In this document: positions 1 to 10,112 of the stretch, in pieces
Layout: each line of letters begins with the position of its first letter
Numbering within the stretch: position 1 is the stretch's first letter
Source of the DNA: a bacterium
GTDB lineage: Bacteria; Hinthialibacterota; Hinthialibacteria; Hinthialibacterales; Hinthialibacteraceae
Assembly: GCA_963663405.2 (NCBI GenBank)
Contig: CAXXSM010000166.1
Coordinates: 1-23,668 of the forward strand
Direction: 5' to 3'
DNA length: 23,668 nucleotides
Made by a program: the position numbers and the translations under genes
Notes under the pieces: generated by a model
Told to the model about the DNA's origin: nothing
The model's database searches: none
Seen by the model: only the letters and a program-made list of their open reading frames with translations

Positions 1-392
1 TCCCCGGATGGTATCTCATGGCTGTGGCTTGATTACGCTACTTTGGATGAAGGATTTCACATTACGGCGATCCTTTAAATCAGTGAGAATGATTATCGGG
101 CCTGGGGATTCCGTGTTTACAACGTTCCAGGAATTCAATATTCCGATCAGCAGATGGAATTGAATTTGAACTCGTTCAAGATCCGGTTGAGGCAGTAGGT
201 GGCGCTGGATCTGCTGGATCTTGGAATGGAGATCGAAATTACCATCCCAGCGTAGTGTACGATGGAAATGGGCAGTTTAAAATGTGGCGTTCCGGGAAAA
301 ACGAAGCAACCGGCGCCTACCGGATGGGATTCACCACAGGAATCGACACCGACTTGGGAACGGTTGTGGATCATTGGGATATTCTTGAATAG
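1..392 (+). pseudogene. 3' part of a disrupted beta-propeller, glycoside hydrolase-like (GH32/43/130-type fold) protein ending in the W-xx-phi tail; 5' end outside the window
   Basis: Manual translation: SPDGISW...AIL*(TAA 76-78)...PGIQY, frameshift near 141-143, then FRSADGIEF...SWNGDRNYHPSVVYDGNGQFKMWRSG...YRMGF...LGTVVDHWDILE* (TAG 390-392). SxDG..W/F turns and the PSVVYD..FKMW blade motif are typical of 5-bladed propellers. Absent from the ORF track. Confidence 0.65.
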
Positions 393-650
393 TGAAGAAA
401 AAAAAGGAATGGGAGTGACAATCATTGAAACGAAGTGAATTTCATCGACTCCGAGTGAGCCGGCTCTAGAGAAGAAGCGATTTATCTACTAGATAAGATT
501 TATCAAAGCCCATAGGTTTGATTTCAGGAGATTTTTTTGTTTGCATACAAACAAATCGCGCCATTTGCGCTTGTCAACCAATTATCGGAGCTCATGTGCC
601 TGTCAGGCACAATCGAAATCGATCAGGGATTTCGATGCTGATTGAGAATT

Positions 651-895
651 TCAATGATATAGCTGGATCGTCTCTTGATCGGTCAGGTCGAACATCTGTT
701 CCAGTAGAAGAACGTCGAGAACGATCCGGATTCTTTGGTCGGGCGTCCTATTTGGGCATGAAAACTGAATTGGATCTCTTCTACGAAGAGTTTGTTAATT
801 AAGTTGGTTTTGAATAAGACGACTCGCCCCACTTCCAGGTGCTTTTTCTGCTTGGGCCCTAAGTAATCTATGAGATTGATGAAAGAGCCTTATTG
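651..895 (-). mobile_element. Degenerate transposase N-terminal fragment (DUF772/InsH_N-like, ISNCY- or IS5/IS1182-like)
   Basis: Minus strand reads DYLGPKQKKHLEVG..LFKTNLINKLFVEEIQFSFHAQIGRPTKE, frameshift, then RIVLDVLLLEQMFDLTDQETIQ. The GRPTKE...LLLxQMxDLTDxET pattern is characteristic of these transposase N-termini. No DDE domain remains and the ends are approximate. Confidence 0.65.
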
Positions 896-1085
896 ATTGT
901 TATCAATTCGGGGCATTACTCAAACTTATGAATTGAATTTACATATTTTATGTATACACTTACATCTTAGTTTTATCAAGTATTACTAACTATTATTAAA
1001 CGAATTGACTTACTTTTGATCGATTACTTTTTGCTGAGGCATGATAAATGGTTTGAGTTCATTTCATATGGAAAAGAGGTATTAC

Positions 1086-2630
1086 ATGTATTTATTCATT
1101 CGTTTAAATGTGTTTTGGATAATGGTTATAGTAATAATGAGCGCGTTCCCTGTGATGGCTCAGATCGAACAAGAGCCTGTCGCCGCCGGTCCGGAAGCAG
1201 CGGAATTGAGCCCATCACCGGCGACATCAATTTATGGTTTGAAAACGGCGGTGGAAGCCGGTATTGGCGGCCGGATTGTGATACGCTGAGCAACGGCGCC
1301 GCGATCGTACTGGGTGGGATGCGGAAAGCGCCCTACGCGAAACACACCCAGGATTCTGAAAACGCACGGGACATGATAGCGATTCTCTCTCCATCGGGAG
1401 AAATTCTCGATCCGGCGCGTTGCGCCTTTTTTACCAACGCAGGTGAACCGTGGGAGAATACAATATGTTCATCCAGAAACGATGATAAGTTTTACGGTTT
1501 GTGCGCGGACACTGTGGGAGGCCGGTCGGGAGAACAATATGTGGTTCATACGATCGCCAATCCCGATCAATGGCCAGAGGCGTTTCCCGGTTATGCGAAA
1601 GAGCCACTATTACGAATACCATACTGCAATACAAGTGATCAGCAATGATGGAATTCCCCAAACACCGCTTATCAATCCCTATGGCGATTATGTTTCTGAA
1701 AGTGGACTGCTTCGTGGAGGAACCGTTAGATTTCTTTCCAATGGTAATATCGTTGTCATTTACGAAGATCGGCAGTCTGGCCAGAAGAAAAAAGAACTCT
1801 ATGGTAGAACACAGCCTGGACAAATTGTCGGAGCCGTGATTATAGGGCCTGATGGGAGCATTGTGAAAGAGCCATTCGCAGTATGCAGTGATAGTCCAAA
1901 CGGTTCATCGAATCGCTTTGGACTCGCGTCTGGGACGGGCTGGTTCGCAGTACGGTATCAAGATGGAGTAACCGGTCCAACTATAGTGGCGTTCGACAAC
2001 GACGGGAACGAGTTGGGAGATGGTTCGGGACGACTTTTCCCCGCCATCGATATTCCAGAATTGGGCGGCGATGGTGGGAACCGTGGAGATCCAAACGGCT
2101 TGGAAGCGGTGAACGATATTCTCTACGTTACTCATAGGGGAATCGATCGCGCTGGGTATCTGACAACGATCCATGTGAGCGGCGAAGGATTGTCTATGAT
2201 TCGGACAATACGCTTTACTGATCTTTCTTGGAGCACGTTCGAGCATAACGCGGATTTGGGCGTTGATTCCGCCGGCAATGTTATTGTAATGTGGCAGGAT
2301 CAAGCTTGGGAGCGATTCCAAACCGGAAGGTGGGAAGTCTTGGCTCGTTTATTCGACGCGAACCTCGAACCGCTGACGTCCTCCTTCTGCCTCTTTGAAA
2401 TCGGTAACAACACGAATATTGATAAAATCGATCCGATCCTTGGTCCGGGGAGAACAAAACAATCCCGTATCGCTATGGACGATGAGATCATCATCGCCAT
2501 CGCCGAAACGAACAATGTTCCGTATGGCGATCCATCTTCCGCTGGTGAAGAGATGTATACCTATACCTATATTGCGCGGATGCTGAAAAATCCTGTGAAG
2601 ACACCCGTTTCTATTTGGGAGGTGTATTGA
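1086..2630 (+). pseudogene. Secreted protein of unknown family (~514 aa when repaired, beta-rich or propeller-like), split by two frameshifts; real pseudogene or sequencing error
   Basis: SD AAGAGGT 1074-1080 and ATG 1086. The signal peptide MYLFIRLNVFWIMVIVIMSAFPVMA-Q lies in ORF 1041..1289. The protein continues after ~1200 in the frame of ORF 1016..1648 (GIEPITGDINLWF...) and after ~1600 in ORF 1443..2630 (KSHYYEYH...). It ends KTPVSIWEVY*. Confidence 0.75.
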
Positions 2631-2636
2631 ATCAAG

Positions 2637-3695
2637 ATGACAAAAACTTTGTTTTATCATTTATGCGAAGAGATTAGAATTTCAAACTGGAAAACGAATC
2701 AGTGGAGGAAATTGAGTCTTCTGTGCTCGTTCTTTTTTTTGTGTATGTTTTCAATGTCCGTGACCGGTCAAGAGATCAAAGATCGATCTTTGGATCCCCT
2801 TGCTTCAGTGAATTCGTTAAAACTGAATATTCCCGAAGATACCGTAGTATGTGGAGTGTTTCAGGAAGGACGGACTCTTCGTGAAGAATACGAACTGCTT
2901 TCCATGATTTATTTCCTGCCCGGCCTTTATGAAATCCCATTGATCACAGGTAGCCATCCTTTGAACCTTATCCAACGTTTTGAGTTTGGTCCAGAGCGCC
3001 GAATCGCCGAACCTATGGGACAGGGAAGCGTCCAGGTCGAGATCACAGATGGCATACAGGCGAATGCCCGCTTGAAATATGAACAGGATTTTGATGTGGA
3101 TGGAACCGTTATTTCGTTATTGATCGACAATCTGTGGATAACAATCAATGATGGTCAACCAGAAAAGGAGGAGCTCATTTTTAACGAACCATTTCTTTCA
3201 TTGGATTTATATATGCTCGCTCAGATGAAAGTAGGATTTAAAACGGTGTTTCTGAAATTCGCTTCTGTGGGATATGACAGTCTCCCCTTGTATCGATTGA
3301 GCCTATCTTTGGAGGCTGGCCAATCTATCCAGCTCTATCAACGATGGCTTCCTCCTCTTGCTGGCTCAGGTCCGGCGAATCTTGTTTTCGCTATGGGGGA
3401 TATACACGAAGGAACAACGATTCAGACGGATTACTGGTCCCTCGTTTATGCGGCGGAACATCACAACTGGAATGAGCGTTTTTGGATGCTCTTCGATTCG
3501 CCAATGGATGGGGCGTATGGAATCGCCGTACTTACGGAAGATTTTCCCAGCCGGGCGGAAGTCTATACGCTCGATGAGAATTTCGAACCATTGCGACAAA
3601 TTGAAGTTCTCTCTTTCGAAAAAGTCCTTTACGACGGTCCTTTCCCTCCAGAAACAGAACCACCGGTATCGATTGATTCATGGGTACAATATTAA
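2637..3695 (+). CDS. Secreted protein of unknown function; stand-alone paralog of the C-terminal domain of 3865..6903
   Basis: 352 aa ORF with GGAGGTG at 2618-2624. Signal-like segment RKLSLLCSFFFLCMFSMSVTG-Q (the true start may be later). Pro-rich linker followed by VSIDSWVQY*. Confidence 0.85.
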   Translation: MTKTLFYHLCEEIRISNWKTNQWRKLSLLCSFFFLCMFSMSVTGQEIKDRSLDPLASVNSLKLNIPEDTVVCGVFQEGRTLREEYELLSMIYFLPGLYEIPLITGSHPLNLIQRFEFGPERRIAEPMGQGSVQVEITDGIQANARLKYEQDFDVDGTVISLLIDNLWITINDGQPEKEELIFNEPFLSLDLYMLAQMKVGFKTVFLKFASVGYDSLPLYRLSLSLEAGQSIQLYQRWLPPLAGSGPANLVFAMGDIHEGTTIQTDYWSLVYAAEHHNWNERFWMLFDSPMDGAYGIAVLTEDFPSRAEVYTLDENFEPLRQIEVLSFEKVLYDGPFPPETEPPVSIDSWVQY

Positions 3696-3864
3696 GATTC
3701 AAAAAAAAAGAAAGATTTGTGAGTAAAATGGATAAAGAGTAACTGATCAGATAGATGAAATGATCTAATCGGTTCCCAATTTAGTAATTTGGAATTAAGC
3801 CTTTTTCAAAGTTCGTCACATGTTGATTCCAATCATTCACTCCCTACGCCAGGTGAAATAGAAT

Positions 3865-6800
3865 ATGCGCTCTTACTTTACAAAAAACACGCTTGTCCAC
3901 GTTTTGTACATCGCCATTCTCGGATCGATTCTTTTCTCCTGTTCTTCTTTTTCCGTTCCGGCGCAGATCATCCTGCGGGAAATCCCTTGGATGGAAGAGA
4001 TCGGTACGATTGAGGATTATGTTTCCCTATCGGTAGAAGACTCCAGCCGGGCGGATTTGTTGCGAACCTCAAAGTATTTAGCGCCTGCCTCTGACGATCC
4101 TGATTTACTGCCAACTGTATATCAAAATGTCAATTTGAATCGCCTTCATATTGAATTTATGGTTAATGAATTTCCAGACCGGTTTGGAGGGCTGACAGCG
4201 GATGAGTACATGGATCTAGTTTATATACCCGAGACTCGCGCTTATTTTGCCGGCGCGCTGTTTCAGTTTCGCGATATGAATAACAATATTGTTTATGGTT
4301 TCAATATCTATGCTTCTTCCGATAAACCAGCGGATCCAGAAGAGGTGAAAATTCTTTACCACCGCCTATCCCAAAGCATGAAACTGCGCCCTTTCGCCTA
4401 TTCACCCATAATGCCCGCCAATGTCGAACAAGCCAGGAGATGGGAAAATCCAGGATTTCCCATTTACCTGCCCGAAGGATTGATTGAACCTGAATACGAA
4501 GCCTATTCACCGCAAACGAACTACGGTCGTGTGCGCTTGCTTTCACTCGCGCAACTGGATAAAGCGCTTCAGAATGGATCAATCGGCTGGCAGGATATCG
4601 TCGTGATCGACGCCGCTCCCACGGATATTGAAACGGTTGTGGCTGGGATTATCACAGGTTCCCGTCAGGGTGAACTGTCCCACATCAATGTACGTTCGAT
4701 ACGCAGGGGAACTCCGAATGCGTATATCCAGAATCCACACGTGATTTTTAATACCTATCAAGATGAACTCATCAAACTCACTCTGACACCTGATTCCTAT
4801 GAGATCACTTATCCAGTTGAAATAGAAGAAGCGGAGAATTGGTGGGATCAACACCGCCCTCAATTAGCTGCGCTGCCCCAACCGGACGATGAGTTTACAC
4901 TATTAAGTTCTTTGCCTGAAATGACTGAATCCATGACATCCAAAGAACTAATCATGCGCTATGGAGGAAAAGCGGCCCAGTTGGCCATTTTGTATTCCGT
5001 TTTCGCCGTAGGGATCGTGGAAGGAACTGAGATTCCATACTTGGTCGATGGATACGCGATTCCTTTCCATTACTATACAGAATTCATGCGATCCAACCAG
5101 ATACCCCATCCTGCGGATTCCTCCCTATCCATCACATATGAAGAATACATCCATGTTCTATTAGAAGACCAGCGATTCCGAAGCGATGCGGCGTACCGTC
5201 GAAAATGTCTGAATGATTTTATAGAATACGCCTGTGAAAATGGGACAATCAATCCCATCTTGCTGAATGATATCACGATAAAAACAATTGATGTTTTTGG
5301 TGACGCTTCTGTGAAAGTTCGATTTCGCTCTTCTTCCAATGCTGAAGACGATATCGAATTCAACGGCGCTGGGCTTTATGATTCCACTTCCGTTTGCCTA
5401 TTGGATAACCTGGATAACGATGAAGAAGGGCCATCGATCTGCGATCCAGATAAGAAGAAGGAACGTACAATCGAACGTGGACTTAAAACAGTATGGATGA
5501 GTTTATGGAATCCCAAAGCCTTTGAAGAACGAGAGTACTATCAAATCGGCCACCAGAACGCCCGTATGGGGATTTTAGTAACACGGGCGTTTCCGGCCGA
5601 GGATTGCAATGGTGTGGCTTTCACAGGCGATCCCGTCTCAGGATCCAAGGATTATTACCTTATCAACGTACAAAAAGGAGATGATAGCGTTGTACAGCCA
5701 GGGACAGGCGTCATTCCCGAAAAAGATATTATTTACATTGAGAATGGCTCTGTCACCGGGATCAACCGTGTTCGAAGTTCGTCACTCACTGCGGATCAGG
5801 AATGGGTGCTGAGTGACGCGCAATTGAACGAATTGGCCTCCGTTCTTACAAAAATCGAACAGGAAATGCCGGTTGAGGATCAGGAATACAGACGCGATCA
5901 AATCATCTTCGATATTGAATTTAAATATGACAATGGGCGATTAGTGATTAAGCAAATCCGTCCCACTCTCATTACATCCAATGAGGAGCCTCCCCTTCCC
6001 TCAGGGAAAGTGACTCTCAGTATTCCAGCCGACGCTTGTATGGTGGGTATATACAAATTCGCAACCACCCTTCAAGAAGAATATGAAACACTCTCGATGG
6101 TTCATTTCATTTCGGGCGACTATTCCTTGCCTGTACAAACCGGTCAATATGAATTGGAGATTGTTGATCAACTCGAATTCGGTCCCAATAAAACAATCGC
6201 GGTCTCAGCGGCGCCGGGTAAACTACTCGTCGAAGAAGTTAAAATCCCCGGTGAGAGGACTGTTCATCGCTATCAATATGAAAAAACATTTCATATTGTT
6301 GATCAAGCAGAACGAGATCTACTGTTTACAATGCAGGGAATACAAAGAAATATCGACACACAATCCAACGTTCATGTCACATTCGACAACCAAACGATCA
6401 TCCATCAACTCTCTACGACCGGATATCTTGGCGGCCCTCAATCGGAAACAGTCATCAACTACAGCGCGGTCACAGACGATCTGGCCCAGATCTATCGCCA
6501 CCGGCTTATTCTAGAAGATGGACAAAGCATTGAACTGTACGAACTGATCACCCGGCGGATTATGATGATGGGAATCGCATACGCCGATTTCACCTGCGCC
6601 GATGTGAAACTGAAGGAAGCCGCATTCCGGCAGGAGGATTATTGGAAATTGGTTTATACAGCGATGGGACATTGTTGGAATGCCAAGTTTCGTCTGATCT
6701 TTGATGAACCTTTGGGCGATATCTATGGTCTGGATATGCTGACAACAACTCTCCAGTGGGGACTTGATACCGAAGCGGAGGCTTATTGGCTGGATAGCAA

Positions 6801-6903
6801 TCTTAATCATATGCGAAAGATCAATATCCTTGAATATAGCAGGATCGAAGTTGAAGAAATTCCCGAACCTACAACGGATGTGACTTCGTGGCTCTTTTTT
6901 TAA
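3865..6903 (+). CDS. Exported PEP/pyruvate-binding (PPDK_N, ATP-grasp) domain dikinase-like protein with a phospho-His-type motif and an unknown C-terminal domain
   Basis: 1012 aa with AGGTG at 3851-3855 and an N-terminal hydrophobic signal. PPDK_N motifs: YGGKAAQL, FRSSSNAEDDIEFNGAGLYDS, VWMSLWNPKA, MGILV, NGVAFT, DIEF...KQIRP. His motif AGIITGSRQGELSHINVR (His273, nt 4681). Ends PTTDVTSWLFF*. Confidence 0.88.
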   Translation: MRSYFTKNTLVHVLYIAILGSILFSCSSFSVPAQIILREIPWMEEIGTIEDYVSLSVEDSSRADLLRTSKYLAPASDDPDLLPTVYQNVNLNRLHIEFMVNEFPDRFGGLTADEYMDLVYIPETRAYFAGALFQFRDMNNNIVYGFNIYASSDKPADPEEVKILYHRLSQSMKLRPFAYSPIMPANVEQARRWENPGFPIYLPEGLIEPEYEAYSPQTNYGRVRLLSLAQLDKALQNGSIGWQDIVVIDAAPTDIETVVAGIITGSRQGELSHINVRSIRRGTPNAYIQNPHVIFNTYQDELIKLTLTPDSYEITYPVEIEEAENWWDQHRPQLAALPQPDDEFTLLSSLPEMTESMTSKELIMRYGGKAAQLAILYSVFAVGIVEGTEIPYLVDGYAIPFHYYTEFMRSNQIPHPADSSLSITYEEYIHVLLEDQRFRSDAAYRRKCLNDFIEYACENGTINPILLNDITIKTIDVFGDASVKVRFRSSSNAEDDIEFNGAGLYDSTSVCLLDNLDNDEEGPSICDPDKKKERTIERGLKTVWMSLWNPKAFEEREYYQIGHQNARMGILVTRAFPAEDCNGVAFTGDPVSGSKDYYLINVQKGDDSVVQPGTGVIPEKDIIYIENGSVTGINRVRSSSLTADQEWVLSDAQLNELASVLTKIEQEMPVEDQEYRRDQIIFDIEFKYDNGRLVIKQIRPTLITSNEEPPLPSGKVTLSIPADACMVGIYKFATTLQEEYETLSMVHFISGDYSLPVQTGQYELEIVDQLEFGPNKTIAVSAAPGKLLVEEVKIPGERTVHRYQYEKTFHIVDQAERDLLFTMQGIQRNIDTQSNVHVTFDNQTIIHQLSTTGYLGGPQSETVINYSAVTDDLAQIYRHRLILEDGQSIELYELITRRIMMMGIAYADFTCADVKLKEAAFRQEDYWKLVYTAMGHCWNAKFRLIFDEPLGDIYGLDMLTTTLQWGLDTEAEAYWLDSNLNHMRKINILEYSRIEVEEIPEPTTDVTSWLFF

Positions 6904-7079
6904 ATGAAAAACCGACTGCGAATTATATTTATATATAGATGTCAATGGCTATGAGTAAAAAAGTCGTTTTGAGACAGCAAAGAGTTTCTAACTAAATGAT
7001 TGTTTTTCGTTACAGTCGATTTAAAATCAGTGAAATGAATTGATGATTTTTGGGTTGGATGACGTTATATCAAGGGTTA

Positions 7080-7505
7080 TCAGAACTTGAAATAATTCCG
7101 TATTATTTCTCTCAAAACTCTCTTGCGCACCAGCGAGATCGCTTGTTTTGGTTCTACTATAATTCTCTTGCGGAGATTCTTTTCTTCCCAATTATCCAAG
7201 AGGTTTTCGACCAGAAGAGGATAAACTTTCACCGTACAAATCCCGTCCCACTTCTTGTGTTTGTATTCTCCAATTTGATCATGAATCACTTGACCAACAA
7301 TACCTGCTTCTTCATACGCTTCTTGCTCCGCAGATTCTATCGGTGTCATCCCTTTTCCAATGATTCCTTTTGGAATTCCCCATTTCCCTGATTTGATTGT
7401 AGTGATTAATACGATTCTTTTGTCCATGATCGCCAGAACACCTGATTGATCATATAACTTAGCTGGTTTTAATTTCTTTTTAGAATCAATTTTTGGTTGA
7501 TTCAT
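7080..7505 (-). CDS. NUDIX hydrolase (DIPP/Ap6A hydrolase-like subgroup)
   Basis: Nudix box in WGIPKGIIGKGMTPIESAEQEAYEEAG, plus the WEEKNLRKR segment typical of the DIPP-like subfamily. Confidence 0.9.
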   Translation of the reverse strand: MNQPKIDSKKKLKPAKLYDQSGVLAIMDKRIVLITTIKSGKWGIPKGIIGKGMTPIESAEQEAYEEAGIVGQVIHDQIGEYKHKKWDGICTVKVYPLLVENLLDNWEEKNLRKRIIVEPKQAISLVRKRVLREIIRNYFKF

Positions 7506-7875
7506 ATTCTATCCTTAATCATTTTTGAATTAACACTGAGTCATAGTTTACCAGTATAAATGCCATTATCGTTCATAGTCACGGTGAGATATAACAGATT
7601 TCTCGGCTTGGATATTCGATTTATTGAGTAATTCAAGCATGATGAAAATAATACCTTGAGAAATATATCGGAGTACAAACTTATCTATCAGTGATATGCG
7701 CATATGTGATTTTAATGAAAAGGCATTCAAAAATAAAATAAGAGTACTAATAATATAAAAACATACTCGTTCCCAATCAATCCACAAGCCCAGTCGAATC
7801 CTATCAATCCAATTCATTCTTCGAAATCGATGCGGATGAGAAGATACAATATTTACTATTTTTTTGGGGGGGGAT

Positions 7876-7925
7876 TTCCACAACCGTTATTACAAAAAAG
7901 TTTTTATGAAAATGGCGGTTGGATT
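7876..7925. repeat. Dispersed ~50 bp imperfect hairpin repeat, copy 1
   Basis: ATGAAAATGGCGGTTGGATT at 7906-7925 is identical to 20516-20535 and the upstream halves are similar. The arms TCCA..ACCGTTATT and AATGGCGGT.TGGA can pair. Confidence 0.7.
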
Positions 7926-8274
7926 AATCACTGGTTAAGAGCTAATTGCTCATCGTAAAAACCTTCCGGAAATAAAGCGCCTTTTGATTGTTGTATGCGT
8001 GTAGACCAACCACAAGATTCTTGAATGCATTTGTATGTTCCATCGTTTTTCTTACATCAATATTCATGAATCGGATTTATACAAACATCTGGTCAACGAT
8101 CATTTTTTGATTTTTCTATAGCCTGACTGTCAATCACACTTAATTGAGCAATTTACCCAGTCATAATCTTTCCTTTAAGACTCGATTTTGAGTTGATAGG
8201 ACAACAAGACTATCACAAATCCATAATATTCGTACAATGTGATAAATCCAGAATCGGATAGTAAAGGAGGCTGC

Positions 8275-8400
8275 GTGCAAAAGAAGGATATCATTCAACT
8301 CGTCGCAAAAAGGATGCGGCAAGTCGAGCAATCGATTAAGATAAATTACATTGAATCAGACCAGTCTAGAACACTAAACCAAAAGGAGAATCAACAGTGA
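8275..8400 (+). CDS. Possible 41 aa small ORF or gene remnant coupled to the MFS pseudogene
   Basis: Strong SD AAGGAGG at 8264-8270 and GTG 8275, giving MQKKDIIQLVAKRMRQVEQSIKINYIESDQSRTLNQKENQQ*. The stop overlaps the MFS start in GTGA. Confidence 0.35.
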   Translation: MQKKDIIQLVAKRMRQVEQSIKINYIESDQSRTLNQKENQQ

Positions 8401-9169
8401 TAGAATTATCATCAAAACAGATCGTATAGCGTTATCGCATTTTTGCACTTACCTGGCTTGGATATGCGGGATTTTATCGATGTCGAAAAAATTTAGCGGT
8501 TATCGCGCCTGAATTAAAATAAATGGGGATGACCGATTTTCAATATGCTCACATCATTTTCTTTTATAGTTTAATGTATTGTATCCCAAATCGTTGGTGT
8601 GGACCATTGCGATTATGTACTTTTTCTTGAAACTGACGCGGTATGCTTTTCTTTTATAATTGCCGATGTACATGACTGAACATTTAGGATATAGTGGACA
8701 AGAAGCAGGATATACCTCTTCCATTTACGAATTGATCAGTTTTGCGGGAGCGCTGACAGCGGGATTATTTATCGGATAAAAAGTTTCAATCTCGCCGTTT
8801 TCCTATTGGCGCATTGTTTTTATGGGATTTAGGAATTAGTTTTCTCATTCATCCCACGATCGCGCAATGGAGTCATCTGGCCAATGCCATAGGCATTAGT
8901 TTTTTTGCTTTTTAACCTATGGTCCGGATACTTTGATGACTGGCGCGGCCGCTCAAGATGAAGGATCGCAACGTGGCGCCGCTACAACTGCTGGTTTTAT
9001 GAATGGAGTAGGATCAATTGGACAAATGGTTTCCGGCTACGTTATCGCCAATGTGAAATTATATTATGGATGGGATGCGGTCTTTTTCCTATTTGTCATT
9101 TTCGCTTTTCTGAGTGGGACGTTATTGGCTACGAAATGGAACCATGTTACTAACGCAGAAGAGAACTAA
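8397..9169 (+). pseudogene. MFS transporter, organophosphate:Pi antiporter (GlpT/UhpC-like) family, pseudogene
   Basis: AGGAG followed by GTG 8397. Reads V*RYRIFALTWLGYAGFYRCRKNLAV (OPA TM1 signature), then YFFLKLTRYAFLL*LPMY, then YGPDTLMTGAAAQD..GFMNGVGSIGQ. At least three in-frame stops, frameshifts and a large internal deletion near 8585 (about 770 bp remain of a typical ~1.3 kb gene). Confidence 0.85.
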
Positions 9170-9191
9170 TAATGCGATGTGGATAATGATG

Positions 9192-10058
9192 TTATGCATT
9201 GTTTTTTACAAAAGGAATCACTAGGTTCTTAATCCAATTAGCAAATTCAAGTTGGCGGATCTCATCCGATAAAACATCATCATCGATATCCAATTGCCAC
9301 CGCAAGTCTTTTCTATCGGGATTAGCGAAAAGAAGTTCCAAACGATCGACATATTGAGTCAAGTCGTCATGGCCGGTGAAAAATCCTGCGGGTACGAGTT
9401 TGTGTTCTCGCGCGACGATTAAACGGGCCAGTTCGTGCAGATCATATTCGGGATGATATTGAACGCCCCAAAATGTTCCTTTTTTATGTGTAACAGACAA
9501 CGCTTGTACTGGAGAAAAATCATTTCCCGCCAGCAATATTCCACCGGAAGGCAGTTTGGTAATGTGATCATCATGACTGATATACGCGTTGAATACAGAT
9601 GGTTTTCCTTCATACATCGGATGGCCTTGCCCTTCCGGTGTTAATTGAATTTTCCGAGCAAGTCCCATTTCTCGCCCTTTGGGATTGGATTGGACTTCTC
9701 CTCCGGCGGCGACAGCGGCCATTTGGATTCCCCAGCAGCTACCGAAACTGGGAATTCCTATTTCAAACGCGTCTTTTGCAAGCTGGATTTGACTGGTGAC
9801 ACTGGGGTTGGATTCATCGTAAATTGTTAAATTACATCCAGTCCAGATTATACCGCTATAGATTTCAAGTTCGGAAGGCGTATACATTTTGACTCCTTCA
9901 TCCGAAGGAAGTAAAACATCATACGATGCTTCCGGCAGGTATTTATTCAATAGTTTGACATACAAGTTCCATGCTAGACACATACCCGCTGTCGCTAAAT
10001 CATCGCGGCTCTTTTTCGAGTATCCATCTATAATTAACACGTGATATTGATTTGTCAT
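9192..10058 (-). CDS. Class I glutamine amidotransferase-like hydrolase (candidate gamma-glutamyl-amide hydrolase)
   Basis: Catalytic triad motifs FGSCWGIQM and VQYHPE, plus SHDD. Stand-alone 288 aa protein with no synthase domain. Confidence 0.88.
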   Translation of the reverse strand: MTNQYHVLIIDGYSKKSRDDLATAGMCLAWNLYVKLLNKYLPEASYDVLLPSDEGVKMYTPSELEIYSGIIWTGCNLTIYDESNPSVTSQIQLAKDAFEIGIPSFGSCWGIQMAAVAAGGEVQSNPKGREMGLARKIQLTPEGQGHPMYEGKPSVFNAYISHDDHITKLPSGGILLAGNDFSPVQALSVTHKKGTFWGVQYHPEYDLHELARLIVAREHKLVPAGFFTGHDDLTQYVDRLELLFANPDRKDLRWQLDIDDDVLSDEIRQLEFANWIKNLVIPFVKNNA

Positions 10059-10112
10059 AAGGTATCTTCTTTCAATTTAATTCCAGATTGAAGGCAAATG
10101 ATCGTTTCGATT

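Noticed and set aside
147-802. ORFs 147..425 (-) and 518..802 (+)
   Set aside because: Antisense shadows of the propeller remnant and the transposase relic.
3865-6903. Annotation as ppsA or ppdK
   Set aside because: It has a signal peptide and reversed domain order and lacks the C-terminal PEP/pyruvate TIM barrel, so no gene symbol was assigned.
7566-7883. 105 aa minus-strand ORF
   Set aside because: AT-rich, no SD or recognisable motif, and it starts within the repeat and G-run region.
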